NCBI RefSeq assembly: GCF_009914755.1
Contig: NC_060929.1
Strand: one strand, 5' to 3'
DNA: 64,000 bases
From: the human T2T-CHM13v2.0 reference genome, Homo sapiens
Below the pieces are notes generated by a model. That model saw only the letters and a program-made list of their open reading frames with translations. It ran no database searches and had not been told where the DNA came from. The position numbers and the translations under genes are program-made. Shown piece by piece: positions 32,572 through 47,776 of this stretch (its first letter is position 1; each line of letters begins with the position of its first letter).

Positions 32572-32962
32572 AAGATTAGAGGAATTTTGGAGGTAAAGCC
32601 AATGTTCTGTATCTCAATAGGATTTTTTAAGTATGTGCATTGGTCAAAAACCAGAGAAAGCATAGTTAAAATTTTGCATGTCACTGTACATAATCTTGCC
32701 TTAACAGAAAAAAGTAAACAAATAATTGAACTGTGGATAATGTTACCATGCTGAAGTACTTAGAGGAAAGTACATTAATGACTGCAATTTACTTTGAAAT
32801 ACATCAAAAAGTACGATGGATTAATAAATGGATAGGGAGAAGAACAGACATGTATGAAGAAAGTATAGTAAAACGTTAATGGTAGAATCTTGGTGGTAAA
32901 TATAAAGTTGTCACTATAAAATTCTGTTAATATAAGATACTGGAAAAGCAAGCAAACAGTAA

Positions 32963-33313
<351 letters not shown>

Positions 33314-33853
33314 TAATTTATATTTTGGGAGTGTAAAATACTTCTACTTATTGAACAATCAGTGCCTGATACATGCCCAAATTAAAGAGCAAAAATGTTT
33401 TCTAACTCTGAAAAAGAATAACAATAATCTTGGCCTTTGACTAAGCAACGACACAGAGTTTCCTGATTTATATTCTTATAACTTGTTTTAGGGTGATAAT
33501 TGCAAACATTTAAAGATTATAATGTAACTTACATATACCCTAAGGAAGCCTCAAGCAGAACTCAAAAAATACTACATGGTTTTGATGTCTAGATATCCTT
33601 TCAAGGAATTTTATACCTTGTTAAACATAATTAGGTTTTAAGAAATGATTTCTGATCATTTGTACTAATATATAAACCTTATTACAGGGCAAATAAACCA
33701 TGAAGCCTTTATAGTACTATAAGCATTTCCCTGCTTTTGTTGGCAAACACTAATTTTAACTAGTATGTACATGAATGTATGCATGTGTTTGTATATATTT
33801 GTATATTCTTTGATATTTGCAAAGTGCTCAAGCATGAATGCTCTGTCAGGTTA

Positions 33854-33964
<111 letters not shown>

Positions 33965-36339
33965 CTAAAATAAAATAAAATCATAAATGGTACCATTGTT
34001 GGAAAATACCAAAAGCAAGGGACAATGTCCCTAAAATGAACTCCATCAAATTAACTCACTACCTTATTCTGTGGCTATAATTCTGGCATTTGCTTTACTG
34101 TTTTACAATCCGTATTCAGATTGAAGTGTGTGAATTATAATCTTAACTATAGAAGATATAACTGAAGTAATTTAAACAAAGCGTTACACAATTTCCCTAT
34201 AAATTTACAGTTGGATACATGTCATAATCCTCTTTGTAGTCCATCAGGTATCTCCTTATAAAGACACATAAAACCTAGATGAAGAAATTAAAACACAAAA
34301 TCCTTTGTGTTAACAGTTTTTGAGGTCCAGTTGCCATAGCTACTCCCTGATCTTTATTTTAAAAAATCAAGAAGCAGGTTTGTAACAACATTCAGCACTA
34401 TTAATTGTGGTTTGGACTCCTACTACTATAGCTATTTACTGTTTAGCCTTGACAAAAACCATACTTTAAATGAGGAATAAAGTAGGCAAAATGCTAGACC
34501 TCAAGTATAAACATCTTGAAATTAAAGGGATTTGGACTTATTATGATTTACATTTAATTTATTAACATCACAGAAAATAAAATACAAAATGGCCCAAAAC
34601 ATGTACATTTGTTTGAGGTGTGGAGAGGGATGTTAAGAGGGTGAAAAAAGGATTATCTGTTTTTAAAAGTTGGAAATGTTCCTTCTATTCAGAAATGCTT
34701 CTGAAGTTTTTTAAAGAGAAAAATCCTGCCAATCCAGCTAGCTCTAGATTCTATATACCACAGGGTCATCCTAAACTCAACCTTTAAGTTCACAAAGAAT
34801 TATAAAGCTCATAGTGTTTGAGTGATGTGACTTAATTTGACTTATCTTGTGAAGTTCAACAGCTGTAGTACTTAAAAACTAAAAATATTGATTTTGAAAG
34901 ACTGACAGAAAATATTCTCCTAAAATATGGAAAAAAAGAATATGTCACTAGAGAAAATTCTGAATTGGGAATAAATAACAAGTATGTTACAGGCACACTC
35001 AGAGATTGTTTTGAGGCTTTTTACTACCCTCCCTTAGATCTCTGTGTTTGCTTTATATAGTTTTCTGAGGACAGTACATTGTAAATGGTCACTTTGAAGA
35101 ATATGCAGTAACAATAGACCACAATGTGCAAATATTTGCATGGTCATCATTACTTCGTATATAATACGGTTCAATTTTCACCACATCAAGTCCAAAGCCT
35201 CAGATTCTGAAAATAGTGGCAGCAGGTTCACACTCTGTTATGAGCCCTGCATTTTAAAATGTTTTTAGCACATTAAAATATGACATTCCAATGCCAAATC
35301 TAGTGATTAATCTTGTTAAATTACCTTCTTGCTTGCCTTTAAAAAAAATGAAAAATATTTACCATAGGCTAGTAGGTGTATCAGGCTGGAAGGATATGTT
35401 TTCAGGGTCTTTTTTTTCCTGGTCTGCTAATCTTTGGATCTTCAGAGTGCTCTAGGTTAAAGGAATCCTTGACTTTTCAAGCTATTTTTAGTGAATCCCA
35501 CACAAGGACTAAAGTTGTTAGTGACTTTTGTCATGCAGCAGACTACTTTTAAAAGCAAATAACGATTTCAAAAACAAACAAAAAAAACAAACAAATAATT
35601 TGAACTCTAGCTATAAGTTTTCACACAGCACTTAAGTATTTATAAAGCACCAGTCACCTAAAGTTCATCCAAGCATGGCTTTCAACTTTGTTGGAAAAAC
35701 AAGACACAAATGGAAAAACGACCATGAAAAAAGAACCATCTCAAGCAATATATATAGCATATGACAGCATGTTACAGATTGTCTATATGTGCTGGATACA
35801 AGTGAAATATAAATGTGTCCTATGATTAGCTAGGGATATATCAGTTAAGAAAAACATCTTCAGCAGGTACCAAAGTATTATAGAAATTGTTCTAGTTAAG
35901 AAAGAAAAAGGACTCGTCAGGGAGTGGGAGACTATTAAGAATGAAGCCAAGAAAAGCCATGGGAATAGGAAGGAAAAGTTCACATATTGGGAATGGTTGG
36001 AAAAAGGCCAAGCTAGATGAAAGAGATGAACTATATAGAAGCATAAGAGGAAATGATATTTCACATGCATAAGCACTGGTACATTAAAAAGACCTTGAAT
36101 TAAAAAACTAAGACATCATGAAGGCCGTTCGCTTAAAGGCAAACGAAACAAAAATGCAATTTTTCAGTATCTTCTAACAATTCTCCTAAATGGAAGAAAA
36201 ATAAAATGTCCAATATGGGGATATTACTATTTAATGAAGCACTTGATAACATTTCATGACATTTTTGATCCACTTTTTTCCTGTGATAACCACTCTCAGG
36301 GTGAGCATAATAAAAAGATTAACAATAACAATAGCGAGC

Positions 36340-36910
36340 TAGTATTTACTAAGTACTTATTATGTGGCACACTGTTCCGGGATCTTTAGATATATTATCT
36401 ATATACTCCTTCTCAACACTCTTTTGAGGTAGATATAATTAATAATCTCATTTTACAATGAAGTAAACTGGGGTACAGAAAGGTTGCTTAGTAATAGTTT
36501 CAGCGTACAAGGATACTTTCACGATAAGTGTGGGAGTCTCCTCTGGACACTCTCCAAATGCTACAATAATAGCATTACAGGTTTTAGCTTCCTTAAAATG
36601 TACAAAAACCTAATAGGAACAATTTGGGTTCTAGACTTGGCCCTGTCATTAACCAGATGCAACTTTCTTATCTTTCCAAATTACGTTTTTTCTCACTTGT
36701 AAAATGAGAGGGATAAAAGCAAGAGTTTCGGAGTAAGGCAGACCTGGATTATGTCTAATTTGGTCATTAATTTAATTCACGGCCTTGAGAAATTTACTTG
36801 TCTAAGCCTCATCTATAAACTGGGGGTAATACTCGTATTTACTTCCTAGGCAACATATTCACACAAACTGTTTAGCTCTGTACCTGGCCTAAGGTAGCAC
36901 TTAATAATTA
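36340..36910. mobile_element. MIR fragments
   Basis: ctcattttacaatgaagtaaactggggtacagaaagg; ctcacttgtaaaatgag; agcctcatctataaactgggg. Confidence 0.65.
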
Positions 36911-36911
36911 T

Positions 36912-37343
36912 TAGCAGCTACGCAGGTGTCCTTACACTCATTCCTTACTCTTCTACTCTGCTCTATATTTTAGGGGAACAAACCCTGAAAGCTCCACTTC
37001 CCAGGCTTTTTTGTCAGCTGACTTATGGTTGGGTTCAGGTAATGGGAGGCACTAGTTGGAGAAGCCAGGGTATTTTTCTCCTTTCCTCTGTGCCTTGGGC
37101 AGCAACTCAGGCAGAAGAAGAATCTTTTTTGTAGCTCCATCTTCAGGTAACAGTTCCATCCTCCCTACCCTTCTACCCTATGATTCCAGCTTCTGCTGTG
37201 TGATTCTAGCCTCTGGGCTCTGACAAAACTACCTCTTATGTATCTTCCTGGAAGGAACTAGTCAGACTCTCATCATCCATGTAATCAATTTCCTGCATTA
37301 AATTCCCTCTATTTTAATAGTCAGAGTGGTCTATTATATTATA
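36912..37343 (+). mobile_element. Old ERVL LTR (LTR33-like)
   Basis: 3' end tttcctgcattaaattccctct...agagtggt...tgataca. Confidence 0.55.
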
Positions 37344-37448
37344 GCTAAATTTTAATTGATACAACAGTTATCATCATCATCATCATCATGAACTACTTGG
37401 AAAACTGAATAAAGATAGGTTTCCACATAATATTTTTTCGCTTTAGGG

Positions 37449-37668
37449 CAGAAGTTGTCAAACTTTACCTCTAAAGGTCCACATAGTAAATATTTTAGGC
37501 TTTGCAGGCCATGTGTCTCTGTTGCAACTACTCAACTGTGCATTATAGTGTGAGAGAAGCCACAGACAATATGTAAATAAATGGCCATGGTTGTGTTCCA
37601 ATAAAAATACTTACAAAAAGAGTTAACCAATAAGATTTGGCCTGAGAGGTACAATTTGTCAACCCCGG
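37449..37668. mobile_element. MER58A hAT MITE
   Basis: cagaagttgtcaaact...atagtaaatattttaggctttgcaggcc...tttgtcaacccc. Confidence 0.8.
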
Positions 37669-38119
37669 TATAGGGTGTTAACATAATATAGATATATTTG
37701 TTTGGCAGCATTTCACAGAACCAAACTCAATTATTAATTTCTCAGTCAATATAGAATCATACCTTTTAAGAATTCAGGTTAGAAGTGACATAATCTAATT
37801 TGCATAAGATGCTTGGATTTCCTCTATAATTATCTCCAAAGCGGTCATACAATCTATATAAACATCTACAGAAAAAAAGATCAAACACTTTTCAAACAGC
37901 TGCAATTATTCGCAGGTTCTTCCTTACTTTCAGTCAAAACCTGCTGTCCTATAACCCAATTATCCTTCTCCTTTCTTCTGGATCCACACTGAACAAATCT
38001 TACCCTAAACTGAAAGGTATCTGGACCTTGATGGCTTTCCTACGGGCACATCATAACTTACTGTTAGTCCTCTTAAAACAAGGCAGCAAGGACAGGCCTT
38101 AAGTATCTTCTCATTTTAG

Positions 38120-38470
38120 CAAGTATTAATACAATGCTTAATAGCTGGCAGATATAATCTAGGCTGCAGGGTTACAGAAAAACAAAACCCAAATAGATTA
38201 GAGTTCTGCTTTCGTGGAGTTTACTCTAGTTGGAGATGAGAAAGAAGAAAAATAAAGCAAGATAAGGAGATTGACAGTGAGGTGGGAGGGAAGTTTTTTT
38301 AAACAGTATGATCAAAGAAATCCTCTCTGATAAGGTGGCATTCAAGTGGAGAGTGAAAAGGAACTGAAGGAATGATTTATGTACATATCTGTGAAAAGAA
38401 TCTTCCAGAACACAGTAAATCCAAAGGCCCTGAGGCAGGAGTGTATTCAGGGTGTTCACAGAATAGTATA
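38120..38470 (-). mobile_element. L2 fragment
   Basis: tggagtttactctagttggag...ctctctgataaggtggcatt...aaaggccctgaggcagga. Confidence 0.6.
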
Positions 38471-40275
38471 GAGAATGGAAAGGCTTCAGGGAATTGAAGT
38501 AGACTTGGGGACTTGATTCCACGCCATTGTTTCTAGAATACATCAGCCAATATTCTGCTTTCCTGATTTCATTCCATCAGGGAATGCTCTGAATTTGCGT
38601 TGATTAAAAATAGACTCAGTTGGAATTATATATGCTGGTTTGAAAAAATGAGAGTGAAAGAGGAATTCCTTAAGGAAAAATTACGTAAAACACATTTTTG
38701 TTTTGTTTAGGAATAGTAGAGGGTTTAAAGAATAATGCTTTTTAAATTACTTAAGGATAATAAATGCTGACACTATGCAGAAACCATAACAGAAAGCAGT
38801 GGGCATAAGCAACAGATATTTAAAGTAAAAGCCTGACAGATTTTCAGCCTTCTAGTGCTAACACTCACCAAGCGTCTTCTCCTTTAAAAAACAAACTAGC
38901 AGGGCCCCACATAAATCTGGAGAGCAAAGCTGCAGGTCTCAGCATCTTTAGATCTTAGTATTTTCAAAGAAATAAATTAATAATAGCATCTTTATCACCA
39001 CTCTCTTTCCCAGAGATCTGTATAAGTTAACAATAGTCTTCCAACTATCTTGTTTAGAAGTATCTCCTTCTGACTAAACTCAATACTTTGTACTGGTAGA
39101 CAAATCTAAAAAAAGGAATAATTCATTGAGGCCTAAAAGTTGCTACAGAAAGAAATCTAGCTTCTGCTTACAAACTTTTTAGTGGCATTTCTATTACTGG
39201 GGTTCTAATCCTGGTTTTGTCCCAAAGAATAGGGTGACGTTGGCAAGTCCCCAATCCTTTTTGTGCCTTTTTTTCATTTGCAAAATATACCCCCAAAACT
39301 CTTACCTTCAAGAGAAATACACATCAAAATGTCTTGAAAATGAGGAAAATTCTGAAAATGATGTATCATTTCTTATTGGTAATATGATAAGACAGCCAAG
39401 AATGAAAACGCCTTTGTCCCTTTCCCTTTCCTTTCCTCTCCTCCTCTAAAGGAAGATATGCAGGCTGGAAGGATAGAATGACTCCTATGGCCTCAGGGAA
39501 AATTGCAAACTGAGCAAAACTGGTCTTCTGTTCATCTGCTTCCTTTCTCTACTCCTTTTGCACCTTCTGCTTCTTCCTTTTGCTTTCATACCAAATTCAC
39601 TCTTGCGTCATCCCTGTTACACTAGATCAACCTTCAACACTTCCAAAATTTCATTTTCTTCTTCCTCTACAGGAAAACAACATATTCTTAGTAGATTGCC
39701 CCCTGTTTGTTGAGGGAGTTTGAAATCCAACCCCTGCCATGCTTAGCAAGTCATGCACTTGACAAGGCACTGTGAAAGGATACATTTTTATGTGTTCACC
39801 CAGATGGGCATCTTTTTATAAATTACACAAAGGTACCATATGCGCTAACAAAAGCCTTGCTTCTATACCCTCTTTTAAAAGTTGCAAACAAATTTCCTGA
39901 CTCCCTAGTTATCAGATAGTACTGATAAAGTAATTCATACTAGGGCATTCAAATACAGTTAAATTTAGTGGTCAATGCCTGTAGTGAAGCATCTCAACCT
40001 CAGTTTTTATTCAACTTTCTTCTCTTTTTTCTCCCAAATAGTTTCTGATTTTTTTTCACTATATATTTACTTTTAAAGCAAAAGAAAACAAGGGCAGATA
40101 ACCCACATTGTCCAGACAAACTTGAATGTAGTGTCATGCTTGATACTATAATCTTCTATGCAGGTTTTAAAAATTAAAGTTACTTGTATATGCCTTAAAT
40201 AGTCTGAATTTAATTAAAATGCCATCTACCTACAGCAAAACTCTTTCCCTGAGCTTATAAACACATTAAAAAACA

Positions 40276-40652
<377 letters not shown>

Positions 40653-40807
40653 TCAAAACATAATAAATACAATATACCATAAATATATATACAATACATC
40701 ATAAATATATAAATACACCATAAAATTCATATTAAGAAAGATTACCAAGATATTGTTCCTGTTTTTTGCCGTGTGTGTGTGTGTGCGCGCATGTCTGTCT
40801 GTGTGTA

Positions 40808-41477
40808 TGTTACAGGTAGTTAGATAGGCATGAGCAGGGTAGGAAAGGGCTCTCCTCCACCCACTAGGAATGTCAGGTGACAGTTTGGCAATTATTATAT
40901 TGCCTCTCTAAAAGTGATAAACTGGCAGCTGGTGCCAGGGAGAGGCCATTTCCTGATGGTCCACACCTGTTGCACTAAAGTGTTAACTGAATGCACGTGC
41001 TGGGGAGAAGCAACTTCCTGGGCATGCACATTAAGAGACAAAATGGTGGAGTATGACCTTCCAGGGTCACTCCACCAGAAAAAGGAAGAAAAGCTTCAGA
41101 TGAAAATGCGTACAACTTCCTAAACACATTGGGAATGCTCACCTCCCAAGGGCAGGAGTGTACTGCATATGTGGGCAGCCCACCCTAAGGGAAGAATCAT
41201 GAGAAAGGGGCCAGCCTATTAAGTTCTAGGATGAAGGTTAAACACTGCACTTGACCTTGGTGCAGTCTCTTCCAAGCATCGTTTCCTTTCTTTCCTGTTC
41301 TAAAGCCTTTTAAATAAACTAAATAAACTTCTGCTCCAGCTCTGAAACTTGCCTCAGTCTCTTTTTCTGCCTTATGCCCCTCAGTTGTATTCTTTCTTCT
41401 GAGGAGGCAAGAATTGAGGTTGCTGCAGACCCATAGGAATTCACCACTGGTAACTCGCATACCTTCTACCAGTAACA
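40808..41477 (+). mobile_element. MER50 (ERV1) solo LTR
   Basis: TGTTACAGGTAGTTAGATAGGCATGAGCAGG...GAGGTTGCTGCAGACCC...CCAGTAACA; TG...CA ends; 4-bp TSD tgta/tata. Confidence 0.8.
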
Positions 41478-41899
41478 TATATAAAGTATGTTTATAAGAA
41501 TAAAGTGGTTGACACATATTTGTTTTCTAATTATAATTTAAGACATGATTATAACACTGTTCATCAATGGATCAACTCTGTACCTTGTCTTCACTTACCC
41601 TGCAACTCTCCCTGAGGGCAAGATGTGTAGTTTCAGAATGTTCTCAGCTATCTGGTTCTCAGCTAGCTATCTGGTGAGGTTAGACTGGAAGTAAGACAAT
41701 GTCTAAGGTGACCCAATTCTTTCAGAAAAGCTTACCTTGCCACACCCACCTCCCAAGGGCTTCATCTCTTTTAAGAGCACTAGATAGAAATTCCATGCTT
41801 TACTGGATCTCTTTCACAGCATTAGCCTGTTGCTAAGCTTTAGTTTCCTCTTTTTAAAAATACTTGTCTTTCCTCTTCAGAAAAGTGATTTGAAGATTT

Positions 41900-42093
41900 G
41901 ATGAGGTATTGAATACCAGTTAGGTACTAGGAATAGCACTAGATGTTTTATGTATGTTACTTCTTTTAATTGTCAAACAACTCTGCAAGTTTCATACAGC
42001 CTATTTATATAAGAGTCAACAGAAATTTAGAGAGGTTAGGTGATTTGCCAAGGTCAAATAGCAACATGTGTCACAGTCAGGATTCACACTCAA
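41900..42093 (-). mobile_element. MIR
   Basis: tagagaggttaggtgatttgccaaggtca...caggattcacactcaag. Confidence 0.65.
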
Positions 42094-44072
42094 GTTAATT
42101 TAACTTCCAACTGCATGCTTTTATTTTCACCACAATCCTACTTCCAAATATATAATTTTCCTGTCTGCCACAACCAAAGCAAAAACACTGTTTAATGATC
42201 TTAGGCAATGCATTGAAAAGGAAAAAAATTGCTGAATAATATACTCCTCTAGCAGAGCTGACTGAGAACACACCCAAGTACTACATAACCTATACTTAAA
42301 TCTTAGAACAGACCACAGATGACCTGGAAAACCCTTTTCCTCCATATATTTTTATAGCTTTTATGCATAAAGAAGGGAAATCAAATGTTTAATATGCAAG
42401 AATAATGTGCCTTTCCATCCCAGCCAAAGTGGAGCTTATATGTTTCACCAGAAGTTCTATCATAATCATATTATCAAGTAAACACCAAATCACAAGTAAT
42501 ATGGAATAAGAAAAATACAAAGATCATTTTGTTTTTGGAAAACAACTAAGCACCAGGAAACTCCTTTTAGAAATATGGAAAAGTCCTTTTCATAGTAGCT
42601 AATATTTCTTCTTTAGGCTTTGATATGAAATTTGGTTTATAACCTTTATATAGCCATATTTTTACTCTTTACAAAAAGTAAGTTTTCTAGTATTCACAAC
42701 ACTAACCTTTAACTTCTGCTACTTAAAATAGTTACAATATGTACATCAATTTGTATCCTCTTAGAACATTCTGCATGATAGTTTTAGGTCATTTGAATGA
42801 AAAATTGTTCAGAAAAACAGAAATGCCTGATTAGTAGTCAGTGTTCTTTAGGCCAGTAAAAAGAAGATTCCATATACATAATAATTAAAAGTATATTTTT
42901 GAGCAGCTCCTAAGCAAACATTTTTCAGAAGATTGAGCACAGATCTGGGGTCTTCACTTTTCATAATGGCTCTGCCAGAAAATCATGTTAGTTTCTACCT
43001 TTGCATATTTATAAAAACTGTCAGGACCTAATCAACCATTTATCTCTATGTGCAAAAACGAGAACTGTGTCAGTCAATGAACTCTCAAGCATTATGAGTT
43101 CCATAAAATTCTGCCCTCCAAACCCAGGTTCCAGAAGGCCATGTCTATTAGATTAGCTCATGATGCCAAAAACTCTATTGTAGTTCCTGGCTTAATAGAA
43201 GGACCAAATTTTATCCAGTTCTCCTATATATCTTTAATAAATGCTCCTGGTTTCTCAGTAGCTTCAAGATGAAAAGTGTATTAATTTGTTCCTACTGCAG
43301 CTATTGTCTTTACCTGTTATTCCAGCCTGGAGACCATAATGTGTATATCAAAGAAAGGGTCCTTGTGTAGCTGCTTTTGAAGACTTTCTAGGGTGAAAAA
43401 CAGTGATGCAGGAAACCAACTGCCCATCCAACACATCCTGATGCAACTAATCAGCCTCAGAGTCTAGTAACTGAATACCTTCGGCATCTAGGCTAATTAT
43501 GTTGCTGTTGAGAGTGGGCAGGACAATTTTACAGCTTGACATCCTTTTCTGATCTATTCTTAAATTCTTAGAATGAAAGTTTTGTCTTCATAAGTTGCTT
43601 CTTCTATCTCTGTGGATCTTTTCTTTGAAATCGGGTTAAGAGGGATAGGAGTTAATGGCAACCCTGTTCCCTTTCCACCAAAGAGCTCTCTTCTCTTCCT
43701 ACCATTTCTATACCTCTTAAGTGTTTGGGGTAGAAATTAAATCAGCATTAGAAAGAAACTGCAGATATACTGTTTTTGTGCTTGCTACTTTTTAAGACTA
43801 CTTGGCCTATGTTGACTCTAGGTCCTAATTTCTCCATTAACCTAAGCAAAAAAGAGTCCTATAAGCCTTGTATGTTTCAATCTGATTCACCAGTGTAGGG
43901 ATCCACATAGGAGGAATATCAAAGCTTCAAAATAATAAAGTATTCCTTTTTGGTTGCGGATGTATCTCCTTTTCTCATGACCACAAGACATTATGAATCT
44001 TAGAACTGATAACATTTGTCTCTTTACTTGGGTTACTAGGAATTCCGCTCGGAGCAAAATTTGTGACCAATC

Positions 44073-44297
44073 TTTTTTTTTTCTTTTTTTGAGATGGAGT
44101 CTCGCTCTGTTGCCTCAGCCTCCCGAGTAGCTGGGATCACAGGCGCCCGCAACCACGCCCGGCTAATTTTTTGTATTTTTAGTAGAGACGGTGTCCCACC
44201 ATCTTGGCCAGGCTGGTCTTGAACTCCTGACCTCATGATCCACCTGCCTTGGCCTCCCAAAGTGCTGGGATTACAGGCATGAGCCATTGTGCCTGGC
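44073..44297 (-). mobile_element. AluS with an internal deletion in the right arm
   Basis: ctctgttgcc joined directly to tcagcctccc. Confidence 0.88.
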
Positions 44298-44624
44298 AAT
44301 TTTATATATATTTTAAATTATATATATTTATATTATTTTCCTTTTCCTCTGATCTTCTAATTTATTATATTTTTTAGTTTTGATTTTAATATAGTGCTAT
44401 AAGCTAACAACTCTAACCAGAGAGTTATAACTAATAACAATTATTATTATTATATGTAAAACCATGAGAACCATGCAGTAATCCATAGCACCAACTTCTC
44501 AACCACAGAAATGAGAGGATCAAGACTACTATATTACATGGGCTATGTAGACTGGGTTGCAAGGTCCTAAAGGAATTCGGGTAAAATCTATTAAACACAG
44601 TTGAATCAGCCTAATATTCTGGAT

Positions 44625-44949
44625 TTTCTATTTTCTTTTCTGTTTCTTTTTTTCTATTTTTTATTTGTTGAGACAGGGTCTCTGTCACCCAGGCTGGAGG
44701 GTAGTGAGCCTCTCAGCTTACTGTAGCCTCAACCTCCCGGGCTCAGGTGATCCTCCCATTTCAGCCTCCCAAGTAGCTGGGACTACAGGCATGCACCATC
44801 ATGCCCAGCTACTTTCTGTATTTTTTGTAGAGATGGTCTCTTGCCATGTTGCCCAGGCTTGTCTCAAACTCCCGGGCTCAAGCGATCCACCCGCCTCCGC
44901 CTCCCAAAGTGCTGGGATTGATTACAGCTGTGAGCCATGGTACCCAGCC
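44625..44949 (-). mobile_element. AluJ
   Basis: Diverged dimer with degenerate T-rich head. Confidence 0.88.
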
Positions 44950-45568
44950 AATTTTCTATTTTCTATTGTAACTTACACTTTGAGCATACATTAGAAAACA
45001 CACAGCAAGTCTCAAAGATTCATGGCAATAAATAAAGAACTCTCGTTCTCCAGCTTGTTTGGCTATCTGACATTATCTTATTTTTTTGAGCACTGATTAG
45101 AAAATTCTTCCAGGATCATTTGAACTTATTCACTGTATTACTTCTAATTAAGTTTCAAGAAAAGTTTTGGGATCGCAAATGACCAAGCCAAAAACGCTTA
45201 TGGATTGTTATCTAGTCCTTGACTGTCAAATTAATTTTAACTAGTTGGAAAGTTTTCTTTCAAATCTTATTTATAAGACCATTCAATATGCATGATATGC
45301 ATAGTATTAAATTATGTAAAATATATACTAAGGCAGGAAGCTGGTTTGATAAAAGAAAGGTATATTCTTTTAAATCCTTTAAATTGGGGTGGCTCACACA
45401 TAACAGACACCTGGGCATCACTGGAAAAAAGAACATTTAAACTATTACACATTTAGAAAAAGCATCAAAGTTAATTTAAAGAACACAGACATAATACCAT
45501 ACTGTTCCAATAGTAACACCTATTCTTTGTTAACTGGAAAATACTAAAGTCTTGCTTACAATATTCAA

Positions 45569-45951
<383 letters not shown>

Positions 45952-46002
45952 TAAATTCCATAGGTTATATAATAGAAGCTGTTAGAATAGATTTTTAAAA
46001 TG

Positions 46003-46130
46003 TAGACGCTTCTGCTCTAATATGACACACGCATTCATGAAAAATCTCTTTCCGCAAAATTGCACACTAAAAATAGCAGGCATATGGGAAAAATTGGGTT
46101 AGAGGCAGACGATTCAAAGACAGGGCATTA
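46003..46130. mobile_element. Tigger-family DNA transposon fragment
   Basis: cttctgctctaatatgacacacgcattcatgaaaaa...caaaattgcacactaaaaatagcagg..tatgggaaaaattgggtt resembles old Tigger ends. Confidence 0.5.
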
Positions 46131-47016
46131 AAACAAAAAGAAAAAATTCTAATAAAATGCTAGCACAATATTTTAAACACATGGCAAATTCCTAGCAAAG
46201 AAATACTGGAGTAAATGTAAGATTTTATCTTTTTAAAAACTTGAAAAAATAAGGAAAGCTTATCAGTTGAGACTGTTGAGTTAGAGAAACAGGAGGCCAG
46301 TGTAGGAAGAACAGGCAGAAACACATAATAAGGGCTCCTATGATGCTGCACGTGGCCAAACTGAGCAAAAAATAGAATGTGGGGTGAACGGTCATCATGT
46401 GCAGTCCAATTTTCCTTTGCTCCTCAGCTATGCTGATGTTGTTTGACTCCCACTGCTATATTATTTAATATCACAAAATAACAATCAAATAGAAGATAAT
46501 TTGTGTTGCAGAAGCAAGTTTGTAACAGAGCAAACTATACCAAAACTTTATATTATCATAGTTTTTCTAGATTTATGTTGAAAGAATGGAAATATAAAAT
46601 ACTCCACCAAACCAACTCACTACTGACAAGAAGGAGGAGAACTTCTCTCAGTATGGGAAGAGAATATGATTACAATAATATGTTTGGTACATAGTAGTGC
46701 TCAGTAAATGTCAGCAGCAGTTGCTCCTACTACTACCACTACATCTGTGGCTACTACTTCTACTAGTAAAGATAGAAATTAAAATAGCTCTGAGGTAGAC
46801 ACCTGTGGCGTACCCACTATCCATTACTCTCTGCTTTCTTGCTAATAGAAGTTCGATATTTTGCTTACGAATCTACCTCTCAGGAGGGGTGACCCTAACC
46901 CCATTTTAGGGCAAATCACTATTAATCTAAACCAATTCTGGTAATCTCATTCCTTTTGTCAATGGCTGCTTTAAGGGTGGCCACAGTGACCTCCTGGCAA
47001 ATAAAACTTGAAGAAA

Positions 47017-47265
47017 TTTTTTTTTAATTTTAATTTTTTTATTTCAATAGGTTTTTGGTGAACAGGTGCTGTTTGGTTACATGCCTAAGTTCTTTAGTGA
47101 TGATTTCTGAGATTCTGCAGCGGACACTGCACCCAGTGTGTAGTATTTTATCCCTCACTCCCCTTCCACCCTTTCCCCCAAGCCCTCAAAGTCCATTGCA
47201 TCATTCTTATGCCTTTGCATCCTCATAGCTTAGCTCCCACTTATGGCTGAGAGCATGTGATGTTT
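47017..47265 (-). mobile_element. L1PB 3' end inserted into an old MLT1-like LTR
   Basis: atttcaataggtttttgg.gaacagg...gtccattg.atcattcttatgcctttgcatcctcatagcttagctcccac; TSD-like aaacttgaagaaa/aaacctgaaaaaa. Confidence 0.8.
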
Positions 47266-47589
47266 GAAAACCTGAAAAAAATTTGCTGAGGAGCAGGGGA
47301 GGAGATCCGGGGACAACTTTCGTAATACTTCAGAAACAACACTGGAACAGTTTATCTTTTCTCTTCCTCTCAATATCATCAGGGCAGAAGTACCTTAGGT
47401 GCTTGGATGCTCTACTTATCTTTTTATGTTCCCCTCTCTCATAGAATTTGACCTCCTGGCATCCCCTTCATTATTTTGTCAGTTCTTTGCTAATTTTTAA
47501 ATGATTAAAAAAAAAATCTTACTGAGCAATTAAAAAAAATTTTGTCAGAATAACCTAGTCTATCATGACCAAAAATGGAAGTCTCTCTA

Positions 47590-47776
47590 CATTTATTTAT
47601 GTATTTATTCATTTTTTAATTTAATTTTAAAAATTTATTTATTTTGAGTCAGGGTCTCACTGTCACCCAGGCTGTAGTGTGGTGGTGTGATCATAGCTCA
47701 CTGCAGCCTCAGACTCCTGGGTTCAAGTGATACTCCCACCTCAACCTCCTGAGTAATTGGTATTACAGGTGTGAAC
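47590..47776 (-). mobile_element. Alu monomer (FLAM/AluJ arm)
   Basis: cagggtctcactgtcacccaggctg...tcatagctcactgcagcctc. Confidence 0.8.
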
